A DNA stretch of 64,000 bases from NCBI RefSeq assembly GCF_009914755.1, contig NC_060928.1. One strand, 5' to 3'. The number at the start of each line of letters is the position of its first letter. Position 1 is the first letter of the stretch. Below the pieces are notes generated by a model. The model ran no database searches. It was not told where the DNA came from and saw nothing but the letters and a program-made list of their open reading frames with translations. Source of the DNA: the human T2T-CHM13v2.0 reference genome, Homo sapiens. Below, in pieces: positions 1-13,500 of this stretch. A program made the position numbers and the translations under genes.

Positions 1-744
1 CCTTCCTGGAAAGCGAGGGACTCTGTGGCTTGCCTGGGAGGGGTAAGTGCAGTGGGGTGACCAGAGCTGCAGGGGCTCTTGGGTCTAAGGCATCAGTGGA
101 GCCATGCTCCAGGTGGGGGCTGGTCTGTAATGGCCTCCACTTGTTTCAAATGGTTCTGGGGGAACTCCAGACAGCTCCCCAAACTGCAGTGGAGGTAGGA
201 GAGTCCAAAGGCGTTGGGGGCAGGGAGACTGGGGCTGTGGGAAAGACGAGGGAAGGTGATGCCGTCTCAGATTTCTTGGAGATTGAGAGGGAGTTTTTGA
301 AGCTACAGCTTTCGTGCCTTTGAAATCCCCAGAATGGACCTATGAGGAGATGAAAGCCCCCCAGCAGCCCCACCAGCACTCTGCAGGCTGTCATGCAAGG
401 GCTGGCCTGGGGAGAGGCCCTGGGGCCCTGCCAGCACCTGCTTTGGCAAGTGCCCTGCCCTGTTCCAGCCTCTACCTTTTCACTGTGGAACAAGCCAAAA
501 TCTCCCAGCTGTGCAGACTCCATTCAAGGACCAGGTAAATGCAAGGGCCAGAAGGATGTGCTTGTTCTTTGTCACTTTCTACCCCGTAGGAAAGTGACCG
601 ACACCCACATTGGCCCCCACCCACCTGGCATGTTCTCCTCTCTCTCTCTCACCTGTCTGCTCACATGCCCCCCACCTCACATCCTAAGGCCAGCCCCCCA
701 CTCTCTGTCCACACCCCCTCACCTTTCTAGCTGGAGCCAGCAAA

Positions 745-840
745 ATGGCTATGCTGGGAGAAAGACAGGCTGGGTTCAAGTCCTGACCACAAGGGGGCCC
801 AGGCACAACCTCATCTGTAAAGTGGATGTGATGGCAGGAG
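745..840 (+). mobile_element. MIR SINE fragment
   Basis: ctgggttcaagtcctg...cctcatctgtaaagtgg resembles the MIR core. Confidence 0.5.
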
Positions 841-1410
841 TGGCCCCACTGGGTTGGGGTGGCCAGTCCTGCTCAGCAGGGGTCAGGCCTCCTGGGAGCT
901 CTCTTGTTATCATGCTGAGGCCCACCCTCCCGCATGTTCCTCAGCCTCCCTCTCTGATCATGGAGAAGTCCCCTCTCCCTATCTGTCAATCCTGCCAAAA
1001 CACCCACCCTATGCTGGCATCAGCCTCATCTCCCGGGATGTCCTGGACTACAATGAAAACAGCCCCACTCTGGCCTGACACAGTACATCATCCCTTTCAT
1101 CAGCTTCTGAGCCATGCTGGGGACCCTGCAGTGGGTGGTCTTTCCAACCTGACTGGGCCCCAAGGCTTGCATCCATCCCCTCCTCACCCCTCACCACCCC
1201 ATCCTGCCCCACCCCCACCACAAGCAGTGTCTGGGCTCCTCCACACTGTCTCCTCCATTTCCTGGAAGCCCTCCCCCTCCAGCACAACCGAGGACTCTCC
1301 CTCAGCCCCCTGCCCACCCCCCACCTCCACTAAATCACACAATCTGCTGCTTCCTCATCTGTATCTGCACACAGCCCTGCCCCCGCTGACAGAGCCTGAG
1401 CTCCAGATCC

Positions 1411-1600
1411 TGCCACCCCCAGCCTCTCTGTACAGACTCCTCTCTGTACTTTCATTCATTCAATGAGGAATGTTTATTGAGCATCTACTATGTGCAGGCA
1501 TGTTCCCAGCACTAGGGTAGTGTGGAAGACAGAATAGAGAAATGCTCTGCTCTCGTGGAGCTGGCCTCCCAGTGGGGTGAGATGGACAGCATAAAGTGAG
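1411..1600 (-). mobile_element. L2 3' end fragment
   Basis: ttcattcattcaa..tttattgagcatctactatgtgcaggc..ctctcgtggagct is the typical antisense L2 3' terminus. Confidence 0.7.
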
Positions 1601-1639
1601 CATGTACTGTGTGGGCCATGACTGGTGCAGAGGAGAAGG

Positions 1640-1720
1640 CGGGAATGGAGATGGAGATGAACGGGGATGGAGATGGGGATGGAGATGGAGATGAAGGCGG
1701 GGATGGAGATGGAGATAGAA
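1640..1720 (+). repeat. Degenerate (GGAGAT/GGGGAT)n hexamer repeat
   Basis: ggagatggagat..ggggatggagatggggatggagatggagat read directly; source of the MEMGMEME / SPSPSP ORFs. Confidence 0.85.
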
Positions 1721-2269
1721 AGGAACGGGGAGGAGGAGGTGCCATTTTATAAAGGTGAGTGTAGAGGAAAGCTCAATAAGGTGAAATTTGTCAGCATCTC
1801 TCCAGATGCTTCTCACAGCGTAAGCCTGCTTGGGTCTCTTCCACATTCAAAAGCTATCCTCACTCCGTGTCCCTTCAGCCACCAGCACATTGCATTTCTG
1901 CCATTCACAACCACAATGCCAAAAGGGTACAGCTACACTCGCCATCTCCTCACTCACTGCCGTGCCCTCCAACCTGGCTTCTTGCCATCCATCCCACCCC
2001 AGAAAAGAAACTTGTGTCAGACGGCATGAGAATGACTTTCCTGTTCCTGGAACCAGTGGACGCATGCTGGCCTCTCTCTATGCTGAGTTCTCGTGGTCTC
2101 ACCCTGTGGACCATGCGCCTCCCTTTACTTCAGTGGCACCACCTTTCGCTGCCACTTCTCAGCAGGTTTACATGCTCCACTCCTTCTGACGGCCCCACCA
2201 GGCTATGTCTCCCTGTGCTTCTGTGCCCCCAACTTGTTGTAATTGACAGAGAGAACATGCATGGAAAGT

Positions 2270-2641
2270 GTGCTGTGCACCGCACCATGTCCCCTCAAGT
2301 GCACAGGCTGAAGCCCTAACCCCCAATGTGATGATGTTTGCAGGTGGGGCCTTTGGGAGATTTGGGTTAGACAAGGCCATGAGGGTGGGGTCTTCATGGA
2401 GAGATTAGTGCCCCTATAGGAAGAGACCAAAGAGCTTGCCCACTCTCTCCCCAGGTGCTCACGGGAGCACACGGCGAGACAGTGGCCGCCTGCAAACCAG
2501 GAAGGGGCCTCACCATGAACCAGATTGGCCAGAACCTTGATGTTGGACTTTCCAGCCTCCAGAACTGGGAGGAAGTACATTTCTGTTGTTTACGCCACTT
2601 ATCCTATCTTGTTTATTATGGCAGCCCAAGCCGACTGCACA
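2270..2641 (+). mobile_element. MaLR solo LTR, MLT1A-like
   Basis: gaagccctaacccccaatgtgatg..ggtggggcctttggga..ggactttccagcctccagaactg..tttctgttgttta..ttatggcagcccaagc. Confidence 0.8.
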
Positions 2642-2759
2642 AAAGTTAACTGTTCAGCTTGAAGAACGACCACAAAGTAAACACTCATCTAACCACCAAG
2701 TCAGGAAAGGGCGCTAGCCACCTCTCGAGGCCTCCCTCACTCCCCTCTCTCTCCACTTC

Positions 2760-3136
2760 CATGGACTGAACAGCTGTTGACTCCCAAAATTCATATATTG
2801 AAATCCTGTCCCCTAATGTGATGGTTTTAGGAGGTGGGGTCTTTGAGAGGTGATTAGGTCCCAAGGGTGGGGCCCTCATAATGGGATTAGCCGCCTTATA
2901 AGAAGAGACGTGAGAGAGTTTGCTTCCCCTCTCTGTCCCTCTCCCTCTCTCTCTGTCATATGAGGACACAACAAGAAGTTGGCTATCCACAAATCAGGAA
3001 GCCCTCATCAGACACAGGATCTGCCGGCACTTTGACCTTGGACTTCCCAGCCTCCATTACTGTGAAAAATAGATTGTGGTTTATGCCGTCCAGGCTACAG
3101 TATTTTTGTTCTAGCAGTCCAAACTGACTAAGACAC
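2760..3136 (+). mobile_element. MaLR solo LTR, MLT1A0-like
   Basis: cccaaaattcatatattgaaatcct..gacttcccagcctcca..ending aactgactaagaca. Confidence 0.85.
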
Positions 3137-3449
3137 CACCCCAAAGATAACCCCCATCTTGACTTTTAACACTGTAGTTTTACTAGTTTACTAGTAAATT
3201 GTAAGGTAGGAATGTTTTCATAACTGCTTTCATTTGCACAATGTTTTTTTTCTGAGAAGCACTCATGTTATTTATATATATGTAACTGTAATTTATTCAT
3301 TTTTCATTGTTGTGTAATATTCTATGGCAGAAATACACTGCAGCTGACCCCACTGTTGTTGGGCACATAGGTTGTTTGTTCAGTGTGGAGGCTAATTATG
3401 AACAACAATTCTGTGGCTCAGCATTCATGTGTACACAATTCTGGGAACT

Positions 3450-3726
3450 GGCTGGGTGCAGCAGTTCATATCACCAGCACTCTGGGAGGCTGAGGCAGGC
3501 AGATTGCTTGAGCCCAGGAGTTCAAGACCAGCCGAGGCAACATGGGAGACCCCGTCTCTACTAAAAAAATGCAAAAATTAGCCAGGCATGGTGGTGCATG
3601 CTTGTGGTCCGAGCTACTCGGGATGCTGAGGATCACTTGAGCCTTGGAGACAGGGGTTGCAGTGAGCCAGGATGGTGCCACACTGCACTCCAGCCTGGGC
3701 CACACAGCAAGATTCTCTTCAAAAGA
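3450..3726 (+). mobile_element. AluJ
   Basis: Dimeric Alu with J-type ttgagcccaggagttcaag; degenerate TSD aattctgggaactg / aattctaggaattg; sits in an old antisense L1 remnant (~3140-3840). Confidence 0.9.
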
Positions 3727-3916
3727 AATTCTAGGAATTGCTGAGTGATAGGGTCTGTTTGTTTAGCTTTAGTCATGGACGTCAACCAGTTTACCAAAGA
3801 GGTAACAGAAGATTGTCCCTGTTGATCCACAACCTTCTTAAATGAGGTATTGTCATTTTGATTCTAGCCATTCATCACCTCTAACGCCAAACCCAGCATC
3901 CTCTCTTAAAACTGGA

Positions 3917-4223
3917 GGCTGGGCACGGTGCCTCACGCCTGTAATCCCAGCACTTTGGGAGGCTGAGGCGGGTGGATCACAAGGTCAGGAGATCAAGACC
4001 ATCCTGGCTAACACGGTGAAACCCCATCTCTACTAAAAATACAAAAAATTAGCCGGGCATGGTGGTGGGCGCCTGTTGTCCCAACTACTCAGGAGGCTGA
4101 GGCAGGAGAAGGGTGTGAACCCGGGAGGCGGAGCTTGCAGTGAGCCAAGATCGCGGCACTGTACTCCACTCCAGCCTGGGCGACAGAGCGAGACTCCGTC
4201 TCAAAAAAAAAAAAAAAAAAAAA
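3917..4223 (+). mobile_element. AluY
   Basis: Y-type gagatcaagaccatcctggctaacacggtg and gtgaacccgggaggcggagcttgcagtg; pure A tail; TSD aaaactgga. Confidence 0.93.
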
Positions 4224-4719
4224 CTGGAACTGGACCTCCTCTTTGTCTGCACTTAGGATGCACTGGAGTCATCCCGACTCCCACGCCTTCACCCCCCACA
4301 GCCTGTCCTCCTTCCAGCCCTGTCGACATGCACTCACACAGAGCTCTCCAGCCCTTCCCCTCCTCGAGCCAGCCTCCTCACTCTGCCAGAATTCAGAGCC
4401 TCACCCCTCCCTCATGTGGTCCGTGTTCCCCTTCCTGGTTCAGATGTTTCCAGGCTCCCAGCTCCATATGACAACATCTCAGCTCAAAGGTCTTCACAGT
4501 CTGGCCCCAACTGCGTCTCCAGCCAACTCCCTGTGTGCCCCGTTGCTTCTTCCCTGGACAGCTGCCCTTCCCAAACTCTACATCTGCACACACTCATGCT
4601 CCCGCCGACAGTGCCATCCCTACGTCTCACCTTTTCTCCATTTGGAATTAGCCTAAATGCTATGATTAATGGTGACTCTAGCAGCGGCTAGCATTTATTG
4701 AATGGCCACAGGGGAGGTC

Positions 4720-5105
4720 ATTAGTGCTGACCACACACATCCTGCTTCTCGCCTCCTTCTGTGCCTGGGGTAGATTCGCACTTTCCCATCCCTTTTAATA
4801 TTAGGTGTAGTCATGAGACTTGCTTTGCAGAGTACAAGGTGAGGTGAGTGACTAGCGTCTCTTCTGAGTGCAGCTTCAGTGGCCTCTGTAGGGTTTGACA
4901 AATTCTTTTTTTCACTGACTCAGGATCTTGGAAAAGCACTCCTCAAGAGAGATTGTCCATCAGCCCGAGTCCTTAATTGAGTACAAATAACAGGGCCCCT
5001 GTTCGATGTGCTGAGTGAGTGAGAAACACGCATGTGATATGTTTTGTCACTGAGAGTTGTGGGTTGTTGGTGACAGCAGCACATCCTCACCTACCTGCCT
5101 GCTAC
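4720..5105 (+). mobile_element. Old MaLR LTR (MLT1I/J-like)
   Basis: cactttcccatccctt..ttaggtgtagtcatgagacttgcttt..cactgagagttgtgggttgttggtgacagcagca. Confidence 0.6.
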
Positions 5106-5184
5106 CTCCCCCTTTGCCAGCTGGTGGCTGAGCACTTCACATAGGTGACTTCATTCTGTCCTCAACACATGACAGCCCTGCCTC

Positions 5185-5520
5185 AGCCGGAATGAACTAG
5201 AAGACCACAGCCATGAATGACCCTCCAAAACGCAGCGGCTTCAAGGCTATTTCTCACTCCTGCTGCGTGTGCATCTCGAGTGGGCTACAGCTCTGACCCC
5301 TGTTATCTTCTTCCCGGGACCCCGGCTGATGGAGCTGCACATGGCTGGCTTTGTGCAGAGGTAACAGAGAGAGACAGGGGTGGTGAGCTCACTCTACAGC
5401 GTCGCTGGCCCAAACAATTCACAAAACCACCACATGCAAGTTCAGTAAGGGCAGGGAGGGCACTGCGGGTCACATGGCCACGTGACCTCAGCGGAGCGTG
5501 CAAGTACAGTCTCCCTCCAG
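5185..5520 (-). mobile_element. Old MaLR LTR (MLT1I/J-like)
   Basis: ggcttcaaggctatttctcactc..gggaccccggctgatggagc..gtcacatggccac resembles antisense MLT1. Confidence 0.55.
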
Positions 5521-6337
5521 GATGGGGCTGCTAATACGTTGCACTATAACACAGCCAACCACAGGACCCACTTTACAAATGAACAAACCGCACCTTTCTC
5601 CCAAGTTACTCAACTCCTAAGTGGCAATCCAGAGATGTACCCAGGTCTGTGATTCCAGGGCTGGTATAGTCAGCCCATATACCAGCTGGTATAATACAGC
5701 AGCTAGCTGTCCTAACCTAGCTGCTTCTCTGCCAGCATTCCCCTCCATGACCCCCAGGTCCCAGGACCAAGCTTCCAGGTGGCTCTCTTGGCTTGTTCGA
5801 CCACTTTGAACCTCATAGAGGCTGGGCAAATAGTGCCGCAATGGATCTTTCCTCCAGTGAAATGATAAGACGAAAGCCCACCCACCCCACCCACAACCCA
5901 GGTCGCCATGCCTCTGGACGGAGAGAAAATGTCTTGGAATTCTGAAATATGCCAAGACCCAGCAAATGAAGACGAAGTCTGTGTGGAAGGGCCCAGAGCC
6001 ATAATCCAGCCCAACACCCTCAAGGTTAGTGAATTTCTGCCCCTGCACGAGTAACACTTGCTTGTGACAGAAAATTTGGAAGTAAAGGAAAATATAAAAG
6101 TTATGGTCCTGAGTCCAAATGTAATTGCCAGAAACCTTTTAGAGTGTGTTATCCCAGGACCTTTTCAACGTAGAGTTTTGTTTTTACATAATCATGATCA
6201 GACCTTTTTTTTTTTTGTATTTTATTTGTTTTAGTGACATATTTTAAATGGACTAAAATGTATTATTACAATCCCCTACCTTTTGAATATTGATTCAAAA
6301 GGAATCAATATTAGCATTGACATATTCGCTTCAGCTT

Positions 6338-6482
6338 TCTTTTTTACTTTTATTTTATTTTTTGTAGACACAGGGTCTCACTATGTTGCCCAGGCCCGTC
6401 TCTAATTCCTGGACTCAAGCAATCCTCTCACCTTAGCCACTGAAGTAGCTGGGACTACACACACAAGCCAAAGTGCCCAGCT
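6338..6482 (-). mobile_element. FLAM (Alu left monomer)
   Basis: T-rich tail then gtagacacagggtctcactatgttgcccagg..ctcaagcaatcctc..gtgcccagc; single monomer. Confidence 0.85.
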
Positions 6483-6796
6483 TTGCTTCGGTTCTTTTCA
6501 TTTGAAAAATGAGACCACAGAGATATGGCTGAAGTTCCTTTACATCCCTTCCTAGTCCTCATCTTTCCTTTCTCTTTCCAGAGGCAAACACTATCCCCAA
6601 AGTAGTGCTTTCTTCCTATTTATGTTCTATTCCTTAACATACATACATGCATTGTACCATTTTATGTAATTTAGAAATTTATATAAACCTGATCATATTG
6701 ATCACACCATACTACAAACTGCTTTTTTTCCTAAGCATTATGTTTTCAGCTCTACCCTAGTTTCTTCATTGATCTTGCAAGCTGGCAGAAAACAAT

Positions 6797-7003
6797 CAAT
6801 GGTGTGCCGGAGCTTGCCCCAAGAACCTTCTCGCAAGAGCTGATCATGCATATCTTTTCCCAACTCTGTGTTTGATGATGTCACGATGGTAGCTAGACAT
6901 CAGCCATGGCAGAGTATTTACATCCCAGAAATTGGCAAATTCTCCAAATTAAGGCTTTTTTTCCTGGATAGCAGGTTGTTAAATATTTACGAGCATACCA
7001 TTA
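6797..7003. mobile_element. hAT DNA transposon MITE, MER63A-like
   Basis: TIR-like ends caatggtgtgc.. / ..gcataccatta; internal cttttcccaactctgtg..gtcacgatggtagct..gagtatttaca. Confidence 0.7.
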
Positions 7004-8168
7004 ATGTATTATTTCTTCTACCTGCTGTCCACCCACCCACATAATATTTAGGTTGTTTCTAACCTTTTTGGATTTCAAACAACACTGCAGGTACATCCTT
7101 TTACTTAGTTCCTCATAGCCTGCAGTGTAAAGGTTTCCTAGGATGGACAGGTGGAGGGCGAGACCACTGAGTCATACTGGTGACATTCCTTCTGGGTCAT
7201 GCATACTGGAATATATACATATTTAACTTCCTACTCATTGCCAAATAGAGAAGCAATTTACACTCCTACAGCAGTGTATCACATTCTCAAGTGACACTTG
7301 GAATAGACTTAAATTCATGTGAAGTTGATGGGTGAACGGGTATGTGATGATTGCTTACTTTGCATTTCCTGATTCCTAGTGTTTGGGAATCTTTCCACTT
7401 GGCCATTTGAATTTCCTCTTCGATGAATCGCCTGTCTTTTCCCATTGCCCATGTCTCCATTGGATTGTGTGACTTTCTCCTTATTGGCTTCCCAGAGCTT
7501 TTGATATAATTGTATCCTCTGCTGTTTATATGTGTTGCAAACCTATCCTCTGTCTGTTTCTATGTTGCAAACATTCTCTTCTAATTTGCTGTTTTTGTCT
7601 TAACTTTGTTTATGGTATTCTTGTCCTACAGAAGTCATTCATTTTGATGTAGGAAATGTATCAATATTTATCTTTCAGGCATTTTGCCTTTTGTGTTCTG
7701 TTTTACCAATACTTGTCTACCCGCTGAGTTATAAAGGTAGTAAACAGAATGTCCTTCCTTTATGTTTTAGGACGTATACTTACCTCATTTACAGTATGCT
7801 TTTCTGTTTGGGGTGAGGCAGTGATCAAATTACATACTTTTTCCATATGAAGAAAATAATATCCAAATCATTCATTGAATAGTCCATCCTTTTCCCACTG
7901 ATTTAAAATGCCACTTCTTTTCTATACGAAGTTCCCATATACATGTGCCTTTATTTCTGGATTCTCTATTCTGTTCCATTGGTCTTTCTGTCTGGCCCAT
8001 GTGGCAGTACTACCCTGCCGTAGAGAGACAGCTTTATAACAAGTCAATATCAAGTAGGTCAAATGGCACAGTCTTTGCCTTTCATCAAAATTGTCTTGGT
8101 TATTCTTGGACTTTTGTTTTTCCTATGCAAATTTTCAGTTTTGTAGATCCCATTGAAAATCCTGTTGG

Positions 8169-8510
<342 letters not shown>

Positions 8511-8649
8511 TCAATTAGCTTATAATTAACCAGGAAAAAATAGACACCTTTCTGATATTGAATCATCCCATCAATGGATATGGTCTATCTCTGTATTTAT
8601 TCAGCTCTTCTTTCATGTCCTTCAATTAAATTTTATAATTTTCTTCATA

Positions 8650-8910
8650 ACAATAACAACCATTTATATAGAAGTTAATATGTGCCAGCTACTGTTCTAA
8701 ACACCTTATATTTGTAAACTCAATTAATCTTCCCAGCTTCCCTGTGAGGTGAATATTATTATTATCTCCCTTGTACAAATGAGGAAACTGAGGCACCAAG
8801 TGATCAAGTAATTTTCCCAAGCCAGGAAGCAGTAGGGCCATGACCTGAAGCCAGACAATCTGGATTAGGATCCTCTGCTGTGAACCACTGAACCACTCTC
8901 CTATACTACC
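8650..8910 (-). mobile_element. MIR, near full length
   Basis: ttgtacaaatgaggaaactgaggcac..aagtaattttcccaag is the antisense MIR core, with both arms present. Confidence 0.85.
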
Positions 8911-9572
8911 TCCGAAAGGGCTGGTACATCTTTTGTTAGATTTTCTCTTAAGCGTCTTATAGATTTTACTGCTACTGTAAATAGGATTTGCCCCTTCTTA
9001 CATGTTCTAATTGGTACTGTTGTTCAGTAGGAAGGCTATTGATTTCACTATGTTGTCCTGTGTCCAGCAATTTTGTTGAACTGTCACATGCTTCTAATAG
9101 TTTGAGAGCAGATTCTCTTGGATTTTCTACGTAGACAATTATGTCATCTGCAATTAAACACAATTTTGGCTTTTCCTTGCTGTCCTTAACCCACTTGCTG
9201 TCTAGTCGTTAGTTCCAATGCAAGGCAGTATTGAACAGCAGTGGTGGTAGGTTTCTTTGTCTTAGTTCTAGCAATGATTTCAAAGTTTCATCATGAAAAA
9301 TGATGTTTGCTATCAGGTTTTGATAGATGCCCTTTCTCGGGTTGAGTAAATTCCTTTCCTGGTTTTCTGAGAGCGTTTCCTTAGAATAAGTATTAAAATT
9401 TGTCTAATGTGGATGCTTTTTGTTTGGCTGCTTGCTTTGTTTTGTGGTATCTATTAATAAGATAATATGACTTTAGCCTTTAATCTATTAAAGAAGTAAA
9501 TTAAGTTAACATTTTTTGTCTTTAACTATCCTGACATTCCTAGGGTGAACTTCACATGGTAATTAGATGACT

Positions 9573-9584
9573 GATAGATAAATG

Positions 9585-9631
<47 letters not shown>

Positions 9632-9653
9632 TGATTGATAGACGATAGATAGA
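9573..9653 (+). repeat. (GATA)n tetranucleotide STR
   Basis: About 11-12 perfect GATA units at 9585-9631 with degenerate flanks. Confidence 0.97.
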
Positions 9654-10371
9654 GCCATATTTGTTTTGCTAATATCTTTGAGTTTTGCACCTATGTTTAG
9701 AAGTCATATTGATTAATAATTTTCTTTTCTTGCAATTTTCTAGCAAGTTTGTACTAACATCATAAATTGAAGAACTTCCACTTTTTATGTTTTTATAGAA
9801 TAGTTTGTGTTATTATAGAGATCATATTCCAAAGTTTCCAAAGTGGTTATATCATTTTACGTTCCCATCAGCAGTATATAAGAGTTCCAGTTTCTCCATA
9901 TCCTCACCAAAATTTGGTATAGTCAGCCTTTTTAATGATAGCCATTCTAACAGTTATGTAATAGTAGTATCTCATTGTAGTTTCAGTTTGCATTACCCCC
10001 GTGACTAATGATGTTGCTCATCTTTTCGTGTGCTTATTTGCCATCTGTATATCATTTTGGTGAAATGTCTGTTCAGACATTTTGTCCACTTATTAATTGG
10101 GTTGTTTGCCTTCTTACTATTGAGTTTTGAGAATCCTTTATATATTCTAGATACAAGCCATTTATCAGACACGTGCTTTACAGAGAATTTCTGTCAGTCT
10201 AGGGCTTGTCTTTTCATTCTCTTAAGTGTCTTTCAAAAAGGAGATGTTTTTAATTTTGATGAGGCCAAATTTATTAATTTTTAATTTTATGCAACCTGCT
10301 TTCAGTGTCATATCTAAGATATTTTTGACTAACTGAAGGTCACAAAGGTTTTTACTCTGTTTTCTTCAACA

Positions 10372-10580
10372 ACAGGGATTGGTAAACTACAGCTTGCAGA
10401 CCAGCTGCGTATTTTTATATACAAAGTTTTACTAAAATACAGCCATATCTATTCATGTATTTTCTATGGCTTCTTTCATACTACAATAGCAGAGTTCTAT
10501 CATTACAACAGAGTCCATATGGCCTACAAGCCTAAAATACTTACTATCTGGTCCTTTAAGAAAAAATTCTTCACCTCCTC
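10372..10580. mobile_element. MER58A-like hAT MITE
   Basis: cagggattggtaaactacagc..aaagttttact..agcagagtt..aagcctaaaatacttactatctggtccttta. Confidence 0.8.
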
Positions 10581-13500
10581 TTCTAGAAGTTTTATAGATT
10601 TAGGGTTTATATTGAGATCTATGATCCATTTTGAATATTTGTATATGGTACAAAATATGGATTGAAGTTCATTTTCTACACATATACAATTGTTTTAGCA
10701 CCCATTATCTAAATATTCTCCACTAAAGTGCATTTGAGTCTCTATTCAAAATCAGCTATGTCAGCTGCCATATATGCATGCATCTATTTCTGGACTCTGT
10801 ATTGCATTCCCTTGATCTGTTAATCTATCTTGACACCAGTATCACTTGTATAAATTACTGAAGCTTTATAATAAATCTTGAAATCAGATCGTGTTAGTCC
10901 TCCAACTTCGTTCTTCTATTTCAAAGTTGTTTTGGCTATCCTAGGTCCTTTGTATTTCTATATGAATTTTAGAATGAGTTTTTCAGTTTCTTAAAAAAAA
11001 AAAACCTGTTCAGATATTGTTTACACTGTGTTGAATTTCAGATCAATTTGGGGGGAACTGCCATCTTAACAATATTGAGTCTTCCAATCCACTCCCATAG
11101 TATATCTCTCCACTCATTTAGGTCTTCTTTAATTTCTATCATCAGTGTTTTATAATTTTCAGTGCATAAGTCTTTCATGTCTTTTATCAGATGTATTCCT
11201 TCCTACCTCATATCATAACTGGTAGTTTTTAAGCTTCTATTCTGATTGAGCTTGTGCCTTGCAAACTTGTTAAACTCATTTATTAACTCTGGTAGCTTTT
11301 TTGTAGATACCTTTGGATTTTCTACATAAATAATCATGTCATCTGTGAATAAAGACAGTTTTACTTCTTCTTTTCTAATCTGAACATCTTTTTTTCTCTT
11401 TCTTGCTTTATTGCACTAGCTATAATGTCGAGAAGAATGTGTGCTGAGAGTAGACATTTTTGCCTTCTCCCAGTCTTAGGGAGAAAGCATTCAATCTTTC
11501 ATTTAGCCTGTAGGTTTTTCTCATAGATGCTCTTTATCAAGTAGAGGAACTTCACTTCTATTCCTAGTTTCCTGACAGATTTTATCAATTTTATCAAGAA
11601 TAAAGGTTGGTTTTGTCAAATCCTTTTTGTGTTTATTGAGATGATAGCATAGGTTTTTATAAATTGTTAATATGGTAAATTACATTGATAATTTTTGAAA
11701 GTTAAACCTACCATGCATTCCTGGGATAAACCCACTTGGCTATGATGTATTATCCTTTTTGTGTATTGTTAGATTGAATTTGCTAATAATTTTTTAATTC
11801 ATGTACATGAGGACACGAATTTTTTCATAATGTCTGTCTGGTTTTGAGATCAAGGTAACTCTGCCCCACAGAATGATTTGGAAAGTGTTCTCAAGTTTTT
11901 GGAAGAGTTTATGTAGAATTAGTATTATTTCCTCCTTAAATGTTTACTGAAAGTCATCAGTAACGTCATCTGGGCCTGGAGTTTTCTTTGTGGAAAGGTT
12001 TTAAATTGTAAATTCAATTTACTCAATAGTTATAGGACTACTCAGGATATCTATTTCTTCTTCAGTAAGCTTTGGTAATTTGTGTCTTTCCAGGAATTTA
12101 ACCATTCCCTCTAAGTTGTTGAATTTATTAGCAAAAAGTTGTTCATTATCTTCCCTTATTGTTATTTTAATGACTGCTGAATATATACTAATGTCACCTT
12201 CTCATTCTTGATACTGGCAATTTTATCTTCTCTCTTATTGTCCTGGTCAGTCTGGCAAGAGGTTTATCGATTTTACTGATAAAAATCTTAGATAACTTTT
12301 TAACCAATAAATAACCAACTTTTGGATTAATTTATTTTCTCTATTGTTTTTATTTTATATTTAGCCAATTTCTCTTCTGGTCCTTACTATTTCCTCTCTT
12401 CTGCTTACTTTGGGTTTAATTTGCTCTTCTTTTCCTAGTTTCTTAAGGTGGAACTCAAGGCCATTGATTAGGAACTTCCTTCTATTCCAATATACATGTT
12501 TAGTGCTGTAAATTTCCCTCTAAGTATGGTTTTAGCGACATCTCATAGATTTTGATACACTGTGTTTTCATATTCATTCACGTAAAAATACTTTCTAATT
12601 TCCCTTTCTTGGACACATGGGTTATATAAAAGTGTGTTTCATTGTTTCCAAATATTTGGAGATTTTCCAGAGCTCTTTCTGTTACTGATTTCTAATTTAA
12701 TTCTATTATGACAGAACATACTTTTTGTGACTTGAGTCCCTTTACATTTATTGAGACTTGTTTCGTGGCCAGAATATGGCCTATTTTGATGAATGTTCGG
12801 TGGTGTGTACTTGAACATCTATTCTGCTGTTGTTGGGTAGCATGTTCTACAGATATAAGCCAGGTCCAGTTTGTTGATAGTGTTGTTCATATCTTCTATT
12901 TTCTTACACATTTTTTTGTTTACATGTTTCATCAATTAGTAAGAGAAGGTTATTGAAACCTCCAACTATAATTGTAGATTCATCTATTGCTTCTTGCAGT
13001 TCTATCATTTTTGCTTCATGTCTCTGATTAGGTGCATAAGCATTAACTTTTAATTAATTGTTCCCTTTATCATTATGAAATTACTTTATTTAACCTGGTA
13101 ATATTCTTTACTGTGAGATCTACTTTGAGATTAATATAGCCACTGCAGCTTTCCTTTGATTAGTGTTAGTTAACGCAATATATCTTTTTCATTGTTTTAC
13201 TTTTAACTCTTGTCTTTATATTTCAAGTGGGTTGCATGTAGGCAGCATATATTTGGGTCTTGCCTTTTCATCTGATCTGATGTCTTTTTATTGGGATATT
13301 TAGACCATGGCTGCTCAAAGTGATTATTGGTATGATTAGGTTTATATCTCTCATCTTGATATTCATTTTCCATTTATTCCATTTTCCTTTGTTCCCTTCT
13401 TTCTCCTTTTCTGTCTTCTTTGGGATTAATTAAGCATTGTTCAATTATTCCATTCTATCTACTTTCTGGCTTCTTAGTTACAACTCTTATTGTTTTAGTA

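Noticed and set aside
393-1466. 357-aa Pro/Ser-rich ORF
   Set aside because: No recognisable domain; runs through MIR/L2-like and C-rich low-complexity DNA; likely a chance ORF in GC-rich sequence
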